Positions 1 through 8,669 of a stretch of 15,519 bases of DNA are shown piece after piece (position 1 is the stretch's first letter; every line of letters starts with the position of its first letter). The position numbers and the translations under genes were made by a program. The stretch is from NCBI GenBank assembly GCA_963745235.1, contig CAVUXE010000040.1:1-15519 (forward strand). Reading direction: 5' to 3'. The notes beneath the pieces were generated by a model. That model had not been told where the DNA came from. It saw nothing but the letters and a program-made list of their open reading frames with translations, and did not search any database. Source of the stretch: an uncultured Spirochaetota bacterium (GTDB taxonomy: Bacteria > Spirochaetota > Spirochaetia > SZUA-6 > Fen-1364).

Positions 1-1
1 G

Positions 2-1111
<1,110 letters not shown>

Positions 1112-1145
1112 GGTGTCCAGGAAATGCTATTCGAAGGAGTTAATG

Positions 1146-1553
1146 ATGAGCGCAAACGATCTTAGTAAGAGTGTGATTTTTGCGATCGGGGAGAAACTGA
1201 AGAGCGATTACTTCAAAGGAACGGTATGGCTCAATATGCTGACGCCTTCTGGCACGGCTTGTCCTGTCGGAAATGTGACCTTTGAGCCGGGATGCCGCAA
1301 CAACTGGCATAAGCACGCCGGTGGTCAGATCCTGCTCGTGACAGGCGGCAGGGGATACTATCAGGAATGGGGAAAGCCGGCGCGAGAGCTTCATCCGGGG
1401 GACGTGGTCAATATTCCTGCCGACGTCAAACACTGGCATGGTGCTGCCAAAGATAGTTGGTTTGTCCATCTTGCCATCGAGGTTGATCCCGAAAAAGGCC
1501 CCGCAACGTGGCTGGAGCCGGTGTCGGACGAAGATTACAATAAATTGGGATAA
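1146..1553 (+). CDS. Cupin domain protein (cupin_2 type)
   Basis: Metal-binding cupin motifs NVTFEPGCRNNWHKHAGGQ and GDVVNIPADVKHWHGA. SD GAAGGAG at 1133-1139 precedes ATGs at 1143 and 1146. Confidence 0.9.
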   Translation: MSANDLSKSVIFAIGEKLKSDYFKGTVWLNMLTPSGTACPVGNVTFEPGCRNNWHKHAGGQILLVTGGRGYYQEWGKPARELHPGDVVNIPADVKHWHGAAKDSWFVHLAIEVDPEKGPATWLEPVSDEDYNKLG

Positions 1554-1662
1554 GAGAATGGCGCTGAAGAGCGCGAAAAAAGATATATCCGAGTGGTTGC
1601 GTATGAACGGAATAGCTCGTGCCGAAGTTCGTCAAGATTCAGTACCACAGAGGTGACAAAGG

Positions 1663-2433
1663 ATGACAGTACTCGTCGTTGGTGCGACTGGAAGCATTGG
1701 ACGCCTCGTCGTCGAGGAGGCGTTGCGGCAGGGCCATGTCGTGCGTGCCTTGGTGCGCACCCCTGCCAAGCTTCCCCGCGAAGCGCAGGTGGTCCTCGGT
1801 GACGTCACCCGCCCCGATACGCTTGCCGGCGCGGTTGAGGGTGTCGACGCCATCGTGTTCACCCTCGGCTCGGACGGCGCCGGAAAGGTCGGGGCTGAGA
1901 GCGTCGATTACGGTGGCGTGCGCAACATCCTTGCTGCCTTGGGTTCGCGGACAGCGCGCATCGCGCTGATGACCTCCATCGGAGTCACCAATCGTACCGG
2001 CTCATACAACCGGACCACCGAGGCCCACGACTGGAAGCGGCGCTCTGAAAGGCTGGTTCGTGCCAGCGGATTGCCGTACACGATCGTGCGTCCCGGGTGG
2101 TTCGACAACAACGGTCCGGACGAGCACCGACTTGTGCTCCTGCAGGGCGATACACGCCAGGCGGGGGATTCCAGCGATGGCGTCGTTGCGCGACGCCAGA
2201 TCGCCGAGGTCCTGGTCCGCAGCCTCGGCACGGATCGCGCGTTGCGTAAAACCTTCGAACTTATCGCGACCAAAGGACCGGCGTCGGACGACTTCGATGT
2301 GCTGCTCGCCGCACTGGATGCAGACCCGCAAGGCTCCCTGGACGGCGTGCGCGACAAGGCAAACCAGCCGCTGGAAAAGGAGCCGGAACGGGTACGTCAT
2401 GACCTGGATGCAGTGTTGGGCAATCGAGGGTAG
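1663..2433 (+). CDS. NAD(P)H-binding protein, atypical SDR (NAD_binding_10 type)
   Basis: Rossmann motif VLVVGATGSIG, plus DWKRRSERLVRASGLPYTIVRPGWF, typical of atypical SDRs. Confidence 0.9.
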   Translation: MTVLVVGATGSIGRLVVEEALRQGHVVRALVRTPAKLPREAQVVLGDVTRPDTLAGAVEGVDAIVFTLGSDGAGKVGAESVDYGGVRNILAALGSRTARIALMTSIGVTNRTGSYNRTTEAHDWKRRSERLVRASGLPYTIVRPGWFDNNGPDEHRLVLLQGDTRQAGDSSDGVVARRQIAEVLVRSLGTDRALRKTFELIATKGPASDDFDVLLAALDADPQGSLDGVRDKANQPLEKEPERVRHDLDAVLGNRG

Positions 2434-2448
2434 AGAGGAGAGCTCACG

Positions 2449-2978
2449 ATGTCACAACGCACATGGTTCATCACTGGCGTCAGCAGCGGCTTCGGCCATG
2501 AGCTCACCGCTCAACTCCTTCAGCGCGGTGACCGCGCCGTCGGAACCGTGCGCGATAAGAGCAAGGTCACCTATCTGCTCGAGCGTTATCCCAAGGCGTT
2601 CCACGCTGAAGTGCTCGATGTGACCGACACAGCGGGGATCCGCGAGGTTGTGGATCGCTCGTTCGCCCGGCTGGGACGCATCGACGTGATCGTCAGCAAC
2701 GCCGGTTATGGCCTTTTCGGCGCCGCGGAGGAGCTCACCAACAGGCAGGTTGAACACATTGTCGCGACCAACGTGATCGGGCCTATCCAGCGCCCGGTGA
2801 CCCTGCCCGCATGGCCGCGCGCATCATCGAGAGCGTTGACGTACGTCCGGCGCCGCTGAGAATGGTGTTCGGGTCGCAGGCGCTCCAGAGCACCCTCTCG
2901 ACCCTGCGCAAGCGTATCAGCGACTTCGAAGCGCAGGCCGAGCTCGCCGCCTCCACAGACTTCCCACCCGGAGAGTGA
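2449..2978 (+). pseudogene. Classical SDR oxidoreductase with internal deletion and frameshift
   Basis: 2449-2790 encodes an SDR N-terminus (WFITGVSSGFG, DVTD, VSNAGYG). From 2790 a different frame encodes an SDR-like C-terminus (APGDPARMAARIIESVD...LRKRISDFEAQAELAASTDFPPGE, stop at 2978). The catalytic S/YxxxK segment is absent. Confidence 0.85.
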
Positions 2979-3025
2979 CCATTCCATGACCCAGTGTGCC
3001 GCCCGGAGCGCAATCCGCCGCGTTC

Positions 3026-3388
3026 CTATTGCTCAGGCCGGAATCCCGAGCAGAGCAGGTCCATTTTCTCGATATGGTCTCCTGTCACGACGCAAAAAGT
3101 CTGCTGCTCACACCTGTACCAGCGGTCCTCGTGCAGCCGCAGCCGGTAAGCGATGCGTACCTTGTCGAGGAGCGGCTCTACGGTGAAATCCACCAGCTCA
3201 AAGGCATCTGCCTTCCCGAACCACTGACGAAAGTGACCTGACGCCTCGACACCGCTGGACGCCTCGCGGAGACCGGGCGGAATCAGTGCGCGGAACTTGA
3301 TCGAAGATTGGAAAAGAGACTGAAGATTGTTCCAGTTCCGTCCTGACAGCGCTTGGACGAACCTGGTTCCAACGTCATTGCGGTTCAT
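3026..3388 (-). CDS. SnoaL/NTF2-like fold protein
   Basis: 120 aa. N-terminal helix RFVQALSGRNWNNLQSLF followed by beta-rich segments, as in the NTF2-like pattern. C-terminal CEQ and DLLCSGF. G-rich SD upstream. Confidence 0.7.
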   Translation of the reverse strand: MNRNDVGTRFVQALSGRNWNNLQSLFQSSIKFRALIPPGLREASSGVEASGHFRQWFGKADAFELVDFTVEPLLDKVRIAYRLRLHEDRWYRCEQQTFCVVTGDHIEKMDLLCSGFRPEQ

Positions 3389-3506
3389 TCATGCCCCCCT
3401 TCAACGGCGCGCCAGAGACGGTAACGGGCGCCCGTTCACAAGAGATTCGCGCAGCTTGGGCTCGGCACCCAACGCGTCCAGCGTCTTGAGGCACCTCGCT
3501 CCAACC

Positions 3507-3866
3507 CTAGAAACTGAGCGACGATGCTCCGGAAGCGAACCACTCGACGACACTGGCTGCTGATACGATTTTCGCGCCATTGACCATGTCTGACTCGGAG
3601 ATGCCACGCGGCTTGGCGCAGGCGCCACATGCCCAGATCTGGCCGCCATTTGCGACAAATGATTGCATGACTTCCCTCAGGGGTTGAAACCCCTCTTTGC
3701 ATATTGTGTCGGCATATCCCTTGGTCGCATTCCTGACTCCTTCGACCGTCAAGAGGACAACAGCCTCCTGGTCGGCTGAGGCCGCGACATTCCCGACGAT
3801 AAAGGCAAGCGTGGCCCGCTCCGGGTCTTCCTTCCCATGCGTGCAGTTGATCAATAATCGCGGCAT
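3507..3866 (-). CDS. DsrE/DsrF-like protein with CxxC
   Basis: THGKEDPERATLAF, LTVEGV and IWACGACAKPRGI are DsrE-family hallmarks. SD AAGGAG upstream. Confidence 0.9.
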   Translation of the reverse strand: MPRLLINCTHGKEDPERATLAFIVGNVAASADQEAVVLLTVEGVRNATKGYADTICKEGFQPLREVMQSFVANGGQIWACGACAKPRGISESDMVNGAKIVSAASVVEWFASGASSLSF

Positions 3867-3888
3867 CTTGTTCTCCTTCCGTTCTTTG

Positions 3889-4260
3889 CTATTTCTTCCT
3901 CACGAAGAAACGCAATCCGTGATGCCCTTCATCCATCATCGCCAGCAACACATTTCCGGAAAGGCGACACCAGGCTGCAATATCTTCCCGGGCAGTTGAA
4001 TCGTTGACCCGAACCTCGAGCACCTGGCCGGATTCCAGCTCCTTCAGCCTGGTTTTGATCGCCGGGGTCAGCAGCGCGCACGTCGATCCCAAGCTCTCCG
4101 ACTCGGCCTTCATCGTCAGCAGCGCGTGCGAGTCAGGAAGCGCCAGGGATGGATGCCCCTGCGGAGAGCCGCCGCTCCGTTCGGCACGAACATCGCCGGC
4201 GTGCTGGTCTGCCGTATGTGCGTCGTGGCCGGGAGCAACGGAATTTATTACTGTATCCAT
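3889..4260 (-). CDS. TusA/SirA-like sulfur carrier with N-terminal extension
   Basis: The C-terminal ~70 aa fit TusA (GSTC..TP.IKTRLKELESGQVLEVRVND..AREDIAAWCRLSGN...FFVRKK). Strong SD AAGGAG at 4273-4268. Confidence 0.8.
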   Translation of the reverse strand: MDTVINSVAPGHDAHTADQHAGDVRAERSGGSPQGHPSLALPDSHALLTMKAESESLGSTCALLTPAIKTRLKELESGQVLEVRVNDSTAREDIAAWCRLSGNVLLAMMDEGHHGLRFFVRKK

Positions 4261-4307
4261 AGTCGATCTCCTTTCCTGGTTGAGTTGAGACCATGAACAT
4301 GGCTATG

Positions 4308-4374
4308 ATTGTAATTGTTTCAGCGAGATTGAGGCTTCACCGAGCGTTTGGAAGATTTGACCAATCGTCCGGAA
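4308..4374 (-). promoter_or_regulatory. Promoter of the tusA-like operon with tandem 21-bp AraC-type operator candidate
   Basis: -10 TACAAT at 4313-4308 with a poor -35. Imperfect direct repeats at 4333-4353 and 4354-4374 share 14/21 positions, and the proximal copy overlaps the -35 position. Confidence 0.55.
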
Positions 4375-4426
4375 ATATCCCGCGGGAGTCCGCCGAACCT
4401 CCGATTGGACCCGTTGAGGGCCTGCG

Positions 4427-5468
4427 ATGAGCGGTGACGTTCTGTCCGACCTGCTGCGCGCCGTACGCCTGCGCGGAGCAGTCTTCTTCTACCTCAAGGC
4501 AGCTGACCCCTGGGTGGCCGAAGCGCCGCCTACTCGCGAGATCATTCACTGCGATGATGCCAGGAGCCGATGCCATGATACCGTTCCACTGCATCGCCCA
4601 AGGATCCTGTTGGGCCGCCATCTGCGGCGAGCCGCCGATGCGCCTCGAGGAGGGGGACGTGATCCTGTTTCCTCACGGGGACGCACAGGTCATCTCGAGC
4701 GCGCCCGGCCTCAGGGGACGGCAGGAGGATTTCGCCATCTACTTCGCGCCCCGTCCGCCCCAACTGCCGTTCTCGATAAGCATCGGCGGCCAGGGCAACA
4801 CCACCGCGCGGCTGGACGGCGGCGGCCCTGAGCGCACCACCATCGTGTGCGGCTTCCTGGCCGTGGACGCCCGGCCCTTCAACCCCCTGCTTGCCGCGCT
4901 GCCGCGCGTGTTGCGCATGCCGGGCCTTGCGTCGGGTCGAGAAACATGGATCGGACACCTCCTGGACAACGCGGTTGACGAATCGAACAACCGGCGACCC
5001 GGCGGCGAGGCTGTGCTCGAGCGCATGAGCGAGATGATGTTCGTGGAAGTGCTGCGCCGGTACCTGGACGGGCTGCCTCCCGGGCATAGTGGCTGGCTGG
5101 CGGGGATGCGCGACCCAGGCGTGGGCCGCGCCCTGTCGTTACTGCACGAGCGTCCCGCTGACGACTGGACTCTGGAACGGCTGGGTGAGGAGTCCGGACT
5201 GTCGCGCTCGGTCCTGTACGAACGGTTCGTCCAGTTCCTCAGCCTTTCACCCATGCAGTATCTCGTGCAGTGGCGGATGCAACTCGCCACGAGCCGGCTG
5301 CGCGACTCGGATGCCAAGGTCATCGAGATTGCACTCGACGTGGGCTACGAGAGCGAGGCGGCCTTCTCTCGCGCGTTCAAGCGGATCGTGGGCTTGACGC
5401 CGGGTGAATGGCGCCGAACGCGCCTGGCTCCACCCGGCGGGCGACCCGACCCGAGCTTCGCCCGGTGA
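4427..5468 (+). CDS. AraC-family regulator (cupin_6 + HTH, RclR-like) with one +1 frameshift near 4548
   Basis: The N-terminus MSGDVLSDLLRAVRLRGAVFF (frame of 4427) continues in another frame as AMMPG...FHCIAQGSCW...IVCGF...LVQWRMQLA...VGYESEAAFSRAFKR. Removing one base in ATTCACTGCG restores I-P-A. Confidence 0.9.
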
Positions 5469-5514
5469 TCTAGGGGAAGCGCGCCTGCTACAGGTCGCTC
5501 CTATCCTTTCGCCA

Positions 5515-6786
5515 ATGCTGCATTCGCTGGTCGGCGGTGCGATCTTTGTTGCAACTCTTGCGGCAATCATGGTCAGGCCCTTCGGCGTGACCGAGGCGCT
5601 CTCCGCGGCCGCAGGCGCCGTTCTGATGCTGCTGGGGGGATTTGTTCGCCTGGACGAAACGGCGTCCCTTCTTCTGCGCCAGTGGAACACCTTCGGGTTC
5701 TTTCTCGGTCTCATGGTGATATCGGCTTTCGCCGAAGAAGCAGGTATCTTCGACGCCCTTTCCAACGCCGCGGCGCGGTGGGGCAGGGGAAGCGCGAAAA
5801 GGCTTTCCGTTGCGGTCTTTGCAGTCGGCGCGGTGATCTCTGTGTTCCTGACCAACGACTCAACCGCCCTGATCCTGACGCCTGTCGTCTATGCGCTTGT
5901 GACGAGGCTGCGATTGCCAGTCCTTCCATTCATGTTTGCCTGCACGTTCATCGCCGATACAGCCTCGTTTGTCCTTCCTGTCAGCAACCCGATCAACATC
6001 ATCATCCAGGGCGCCTTCGGCAGCACGCTTGCCACGTTCCTGAGATACCTTCTCCTGCCGAGCATCGCGGCGATCGGGCTCAATACTGCCCTGTTCCTGT
6101 GGCTGTTTCGCCGCGACCTCGCCGTCGGCTACGAGTTGCTCCAACCCGCCCAGCGGCGAAGGCATACTCCGAAACTGCTTCTGGTCTCTTCATGCATCCT
6201 CGGGCTCATTGCGGTTGCCTACGTCCTTGGCTCCATTCTTCAACTTCCGCTCTCGTGGGTGGCATTGGGCGGAGCGGCGGTCATGGCCCTTGCGGCCCTC
6301 GTGTCGGGGCGTTTGGATCTGCGCGCTTTGAAGCGCCGGATCAGTTGGCCGATCTTTCTCTTTATCGCGGGCATGTTCGTGGTCGTCCGTGCCGTCGAGA
6401 ATCTCGGCTTCACGGCCGCCTTCGGGAACGCGCTGATTCGTCTGGCAGGAGGCAGACCATTTCCCACAGTGCTTCTGGTGGCGGGCGGGACCGCGGTTGG
6501 ATCGAACCTCATCAATAACGTCCCCATGTCGCTCGTGATGGTTTCCGCCTTGCGCACTCTACCGACAGGAATACCCGCGTATCATTCACTCCCCTTCGCT
6601 GCAATGCTTGGAGCGGACCTTGGTCCGAACCTTACGACCATCGGCTCGCTTGCTACGATGGTGTGGCTCCTCATCCTGCGGCGGAGGGGGCTTGAGATAT
6701 CAACTCTGGAGTATTTCAAGCTTGGTGTGACCTTTGTGCCGGCCTTGATCCTCGTCGGCTCATTGCTGATCTGGGCACGACTGTGA
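5515..6786 (+). CDS. ArsB/NhaD (ion transporter superfamily) permease
   Basis: Multi-TM protein with ArsB-like motifs LTNDSTALILTP, FIADTASFVLPVSNPINI, NLINNVP and GADLGPNLTTIGSLAT. The ATG at 5515 avoids overlap with araC. Confidence 0.88.
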   Translation: MLHSLVGGAIFVATLAAIMVRPFGVTEALSAAAGAVLMLLGGFVRLDETASLLLRQWNTFGFFLGLMVISAFAEEAGIFDALSNAAARWGRGSAKRLSVAVFAVGAVISVFLTNDSTALILTPVVYALVTRLRLPVLPFMFACTFIADTASFVLPVSNPINIIIQGAFGSTLATFLRYLLLPSIAAIGLNTALFLWLFRRDLAVGYELLQPAQRRRHTPKLLLVSSCILGLIAVAYVLGSILQLPLSWVALGGAAVMALAALVSGRLDLRALKRRISWPIFLFIAGMFVVVRAVENLGFTAAFGNALIRLAGGRPFPTVLLVAGGTAVGSNLINNVPMSLVMVSALRTLPTGIPAYHSLPFAAMLGADLGPNLTTIGSLATMVWLLILRRRGLEISTLEYFKLGVTFVPALILVGSLLIWARL

Positions 6787-6801
6787 ATCGAAGGAGGTCG
6801 A

Positions 6802-7272
6802 ATGCGCATTCTCTGTGCGATTGGGACACGCCGCGGAAGCGAGGTCATTCGTCACGTTGCACCGATCACCCGAGAGGGTGACGAGCTTGTGCTCGTTCAT
6901 GTGATTGACGAAGGACCGCGGCACGACTTGGACAGGCTCAGGGGTCCGCTGCACCCTCATCACGAGCACCGGGAGGAACTGGACGCTGCCGAAGAGGAAG
7001 CTGGGAAGGCGATGCTGAAGGAGGCCCTCGCGGAGGCTGCGCGTCTGGGGCTCACGGCAAGCGAACGGCTGGAACGGGGAAGGCCTGAGCACGTTGTCGT
7101 CGAGCTTGCACGGGAGACAAACGCGACGTTGGTCGTCCTGTATGCCCGCGAATCGCCCCAGGGGCACCCGCGGCTCGGGCCGCACTCGGTGGGCCATACG
7201 GCGAGATTTGTGGTCGACCATTCGCCGACGCATGTCCTCCTGCTGCGGGAGAGCGGCCAGTCGAGTGAGTAG
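6802..7272 (+). CDS. Universal stress protein (Usp)
   Basis: MRILCAI, LVLVHVID, GRPEHVVVELA...ATLVVL and SVGHTARFVVDHSPTHVLLL follow the Usp pattern. SD AAGGAGG. Confidence 0.88.
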   Translation: MRILCAIGTRRGSEVIRHVAPITREGDELVLVHVIDEGPRHDLDRLRGPLHPHHEHREELDAAEEEAGKAMLKEALAEAARLGLTASERLERGRPEHVVVELARETNATLVVLYARESPQGHPRLGPHSVGHTARFVVDHSPTHVLLLRESGQSSE

Positions 7273-7281
7273 CGCCCGCTC

Positions 7282-7310
7282 TTGACTTTGTCTGGCGCTC
7301 CCTATATTTT
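7282..7310 (+). promoter_or_regulatory. sigma70-type promoter upstream of the riboswitch
   Basis: TTGACT (7282-7287), 17-bp spacer, TATTTT (7305-7310). The inferred start site lies about 10 nt before the aptamer. Confidence 0.65.
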
Positions 7311-7327
7311 CCGCTCACACGAATCGT

Positions 7328-7377
7328 GGCGATGGGGTTCGCCGTCTAACCGCCTCTCAAGGGCTGATAACTCCTAC
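7328..7377 (+). ncRNA. Fluoride riboswitch (crcB motif)
   Basis: GGCGATGGGGTTCGCC...TAACCGCC...GGGCTGATAACTCCTAC fits the crcB-motif consensus. P1 is GGCGA/TCGCC, there is a small GCC/GGC hairpin, and the pseudoknot is GGGGTT/AACTCC. It sits in a 5' UTR. Confidence 0.92.
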
Positions 7378-7407
7378 ACAGCGCCATGCTGAATCAGGAG
7401 GATGCCC

Positions 7408-8613
7408 TTGGAACCAATCTTTGTCCTGGCTGGAATCTGGCTTCTCATAGCCGTCGCAGCGGCGATCATCGCCTACCATCTGGACGTCTCAATCGCGCTC
7501 GTCGAGATCTGCATCGGTATCGCCGCGGCGGCCATCGCCGACCACTTCTTCGGCAAGGGCTCTCTGGGCAGCAGCCAGCCCTGGCTGCAGTTCCTCGCCT
7601 CCATTGGCGCTGTCCTCCTGACGTTCCTTGCCGGAGCGGAGCTGGATCCCGTGGTGATGCGCACCAAGCTGAGGGAAGTTTCCGTCATCGGGATCATTGG
7701 CTTCGCGGCTCCGTTTGCCGGTGGAACCCTCGTGGCGCATTTCCTGTTGGGTTGGACCGTTTCCGCCAGTCTCCTTGGAGGGATTGCCCTTTCCACCACA
7801 TCCATGGCCGTTGTATACGCTGTCATGCTCGAAACCGGGTTGAACAGGACGGACTTCGGCAAGGGCATCCTGGGCGCCTGCTTTGTCAACGACCTCGGGA
7901 CCGTCGTTGCGCTTGGTCTCATGTTCTCCCCGTTCACCTGGAAGACCCTCGTGTTCATCGGGGCAAGCGCGACCGTGATCGGCACTCTTCCGATCGTCAC
8001 CCGGTTCCTCACGCGGGTATATGGCAACCGAACCGCCGCAATCAGGACCAAGTGGATCATCGCCGTTCTGCTCGGGCTGGGTGCTCTGGCCTACTGGTCG
8101 GGAAGCGAAGCCGTCCTCCCGGCCTACGTCGTCGGGATCGTGCTGGCTGAGTTTGCGAACGCCGAACACCTGTGGCTCCGGCGTTTGCGTACGCTCACGA
8201 CGGGCTTCCTGACTCCCTTCTACTTCATTCGGGCCGGTTCTTTTGTTTCCATCCCGGCCTTGATCGCAGCGCCGGCCGCGTTCCTCCTGCTGTTCTTTGC
8301 CAAAGTCTTCTCAAAGATCCTGGGCCTCTATCCGGTGATATCCCGCTTCAGAGAGCACCTGCAGGAGCGATGGTACTACACGCTCATGATGTCCACGGGG
8401 TTGACCTTCGGCACGATCTCGGCGCTGTATGGTTTCAGCCACGGCATCATCGACCAGGGGCAATATTCTCTGCTGGTGGCGACGGTAATCGGCAGCGCGG
8501 TCATCCCCACTCTCATCGCCGGACGCGTGTTCCTGCCCCGTCACCTTCTGGCGCCGGGAGAGCTCAAGAAGCACGTGGTGCGAGTGCCGGAAGGAAGCCT
8601 CGCCGACGAATGA
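7408..8613 (+). CDS. Cation:proton antiporter (Na_H_Exchanger, CPA2-like, no C-terminal KTN domain)
   Basis: About 12-13 TM segments with motifs FLAGAELD, ALSTTS, FVNDLG and PFYFIRAG. SD AGGAGG (7396-7401) abuts the ATG at 7402, so the TTG at 7408 is the better-spaced start. Confidence 0.9.
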   Translation: MEPIFVLAGIWLLIAVAAAIIAYHLDVSIALVEICIGIAAAAIADHFFGKGSLGSSQPWLQFLASIGAVLLTFLAGAELDPVVMRTKLREVSVIGIIGFAAPFAGGTLVAHFLLGWTVSASLLGGIALSTTSMAVVYAVMLETGLNRTDFGKGILGACFVNDLGTVVALGLMFSPFTWKTLVFIGASATVIGTLPIVTRFLTRVYGNRTAAIRTKWIIAVLLGLGALAYWSGSEAVLPAYVVGIVLAEFANAEHLWLRRLRTLTTGFLTPFYFIRAGSFVSIPALIAAPAAFLLLFFAKVFSKILGLYPVISRFREHLQERWYYTLMMSTGLTFGTISALYGFSHGIIDQGQYSLLVATVIGSAVIPTLIAGRVFLPRHLLAPGELKKHVVRVPEGSLADE

Positions 8614-8669
8614 CGTGCCGCTCCGCCTATTCGTCCTGCCGGGGGAATCGGCCGCAGTGACGCATCAGG

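Noticed and set aside
3026-4260. Selenocysteine recoding in the TusA/DsrE/SnoaL genes
   Set aside because: All three ORFs end in TAG at plausible C-termini, and the candidate active sites are ordinary Cys codons.
5404-5514. N-terminal extensions of ORF-track calls (5404 here; also 98, 1113, 9182, 9470, 10540, 11846, 15032)
   Set aside because: They overlap neighbouring genes or regulatory DNA, or have a better downstream start. Most of those starts have SD support or match the family N-terminus.
5515-6786. Calling this arsB of an arsenic resistance operon
   Set aside because: The family motifs fit, but there is no arsR, arsC, arsA or arsD nearby, and this superfamily has diverse substrates.
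5682-8660. Long alternative-frame and antisense ORFs (e.g. 5682-6518, 7386-8150, 7489-8169; also 10365-11156)
   Set aside because: These are shadows of well-supported genes in GC-rich DNA, with no recognisable motifs.
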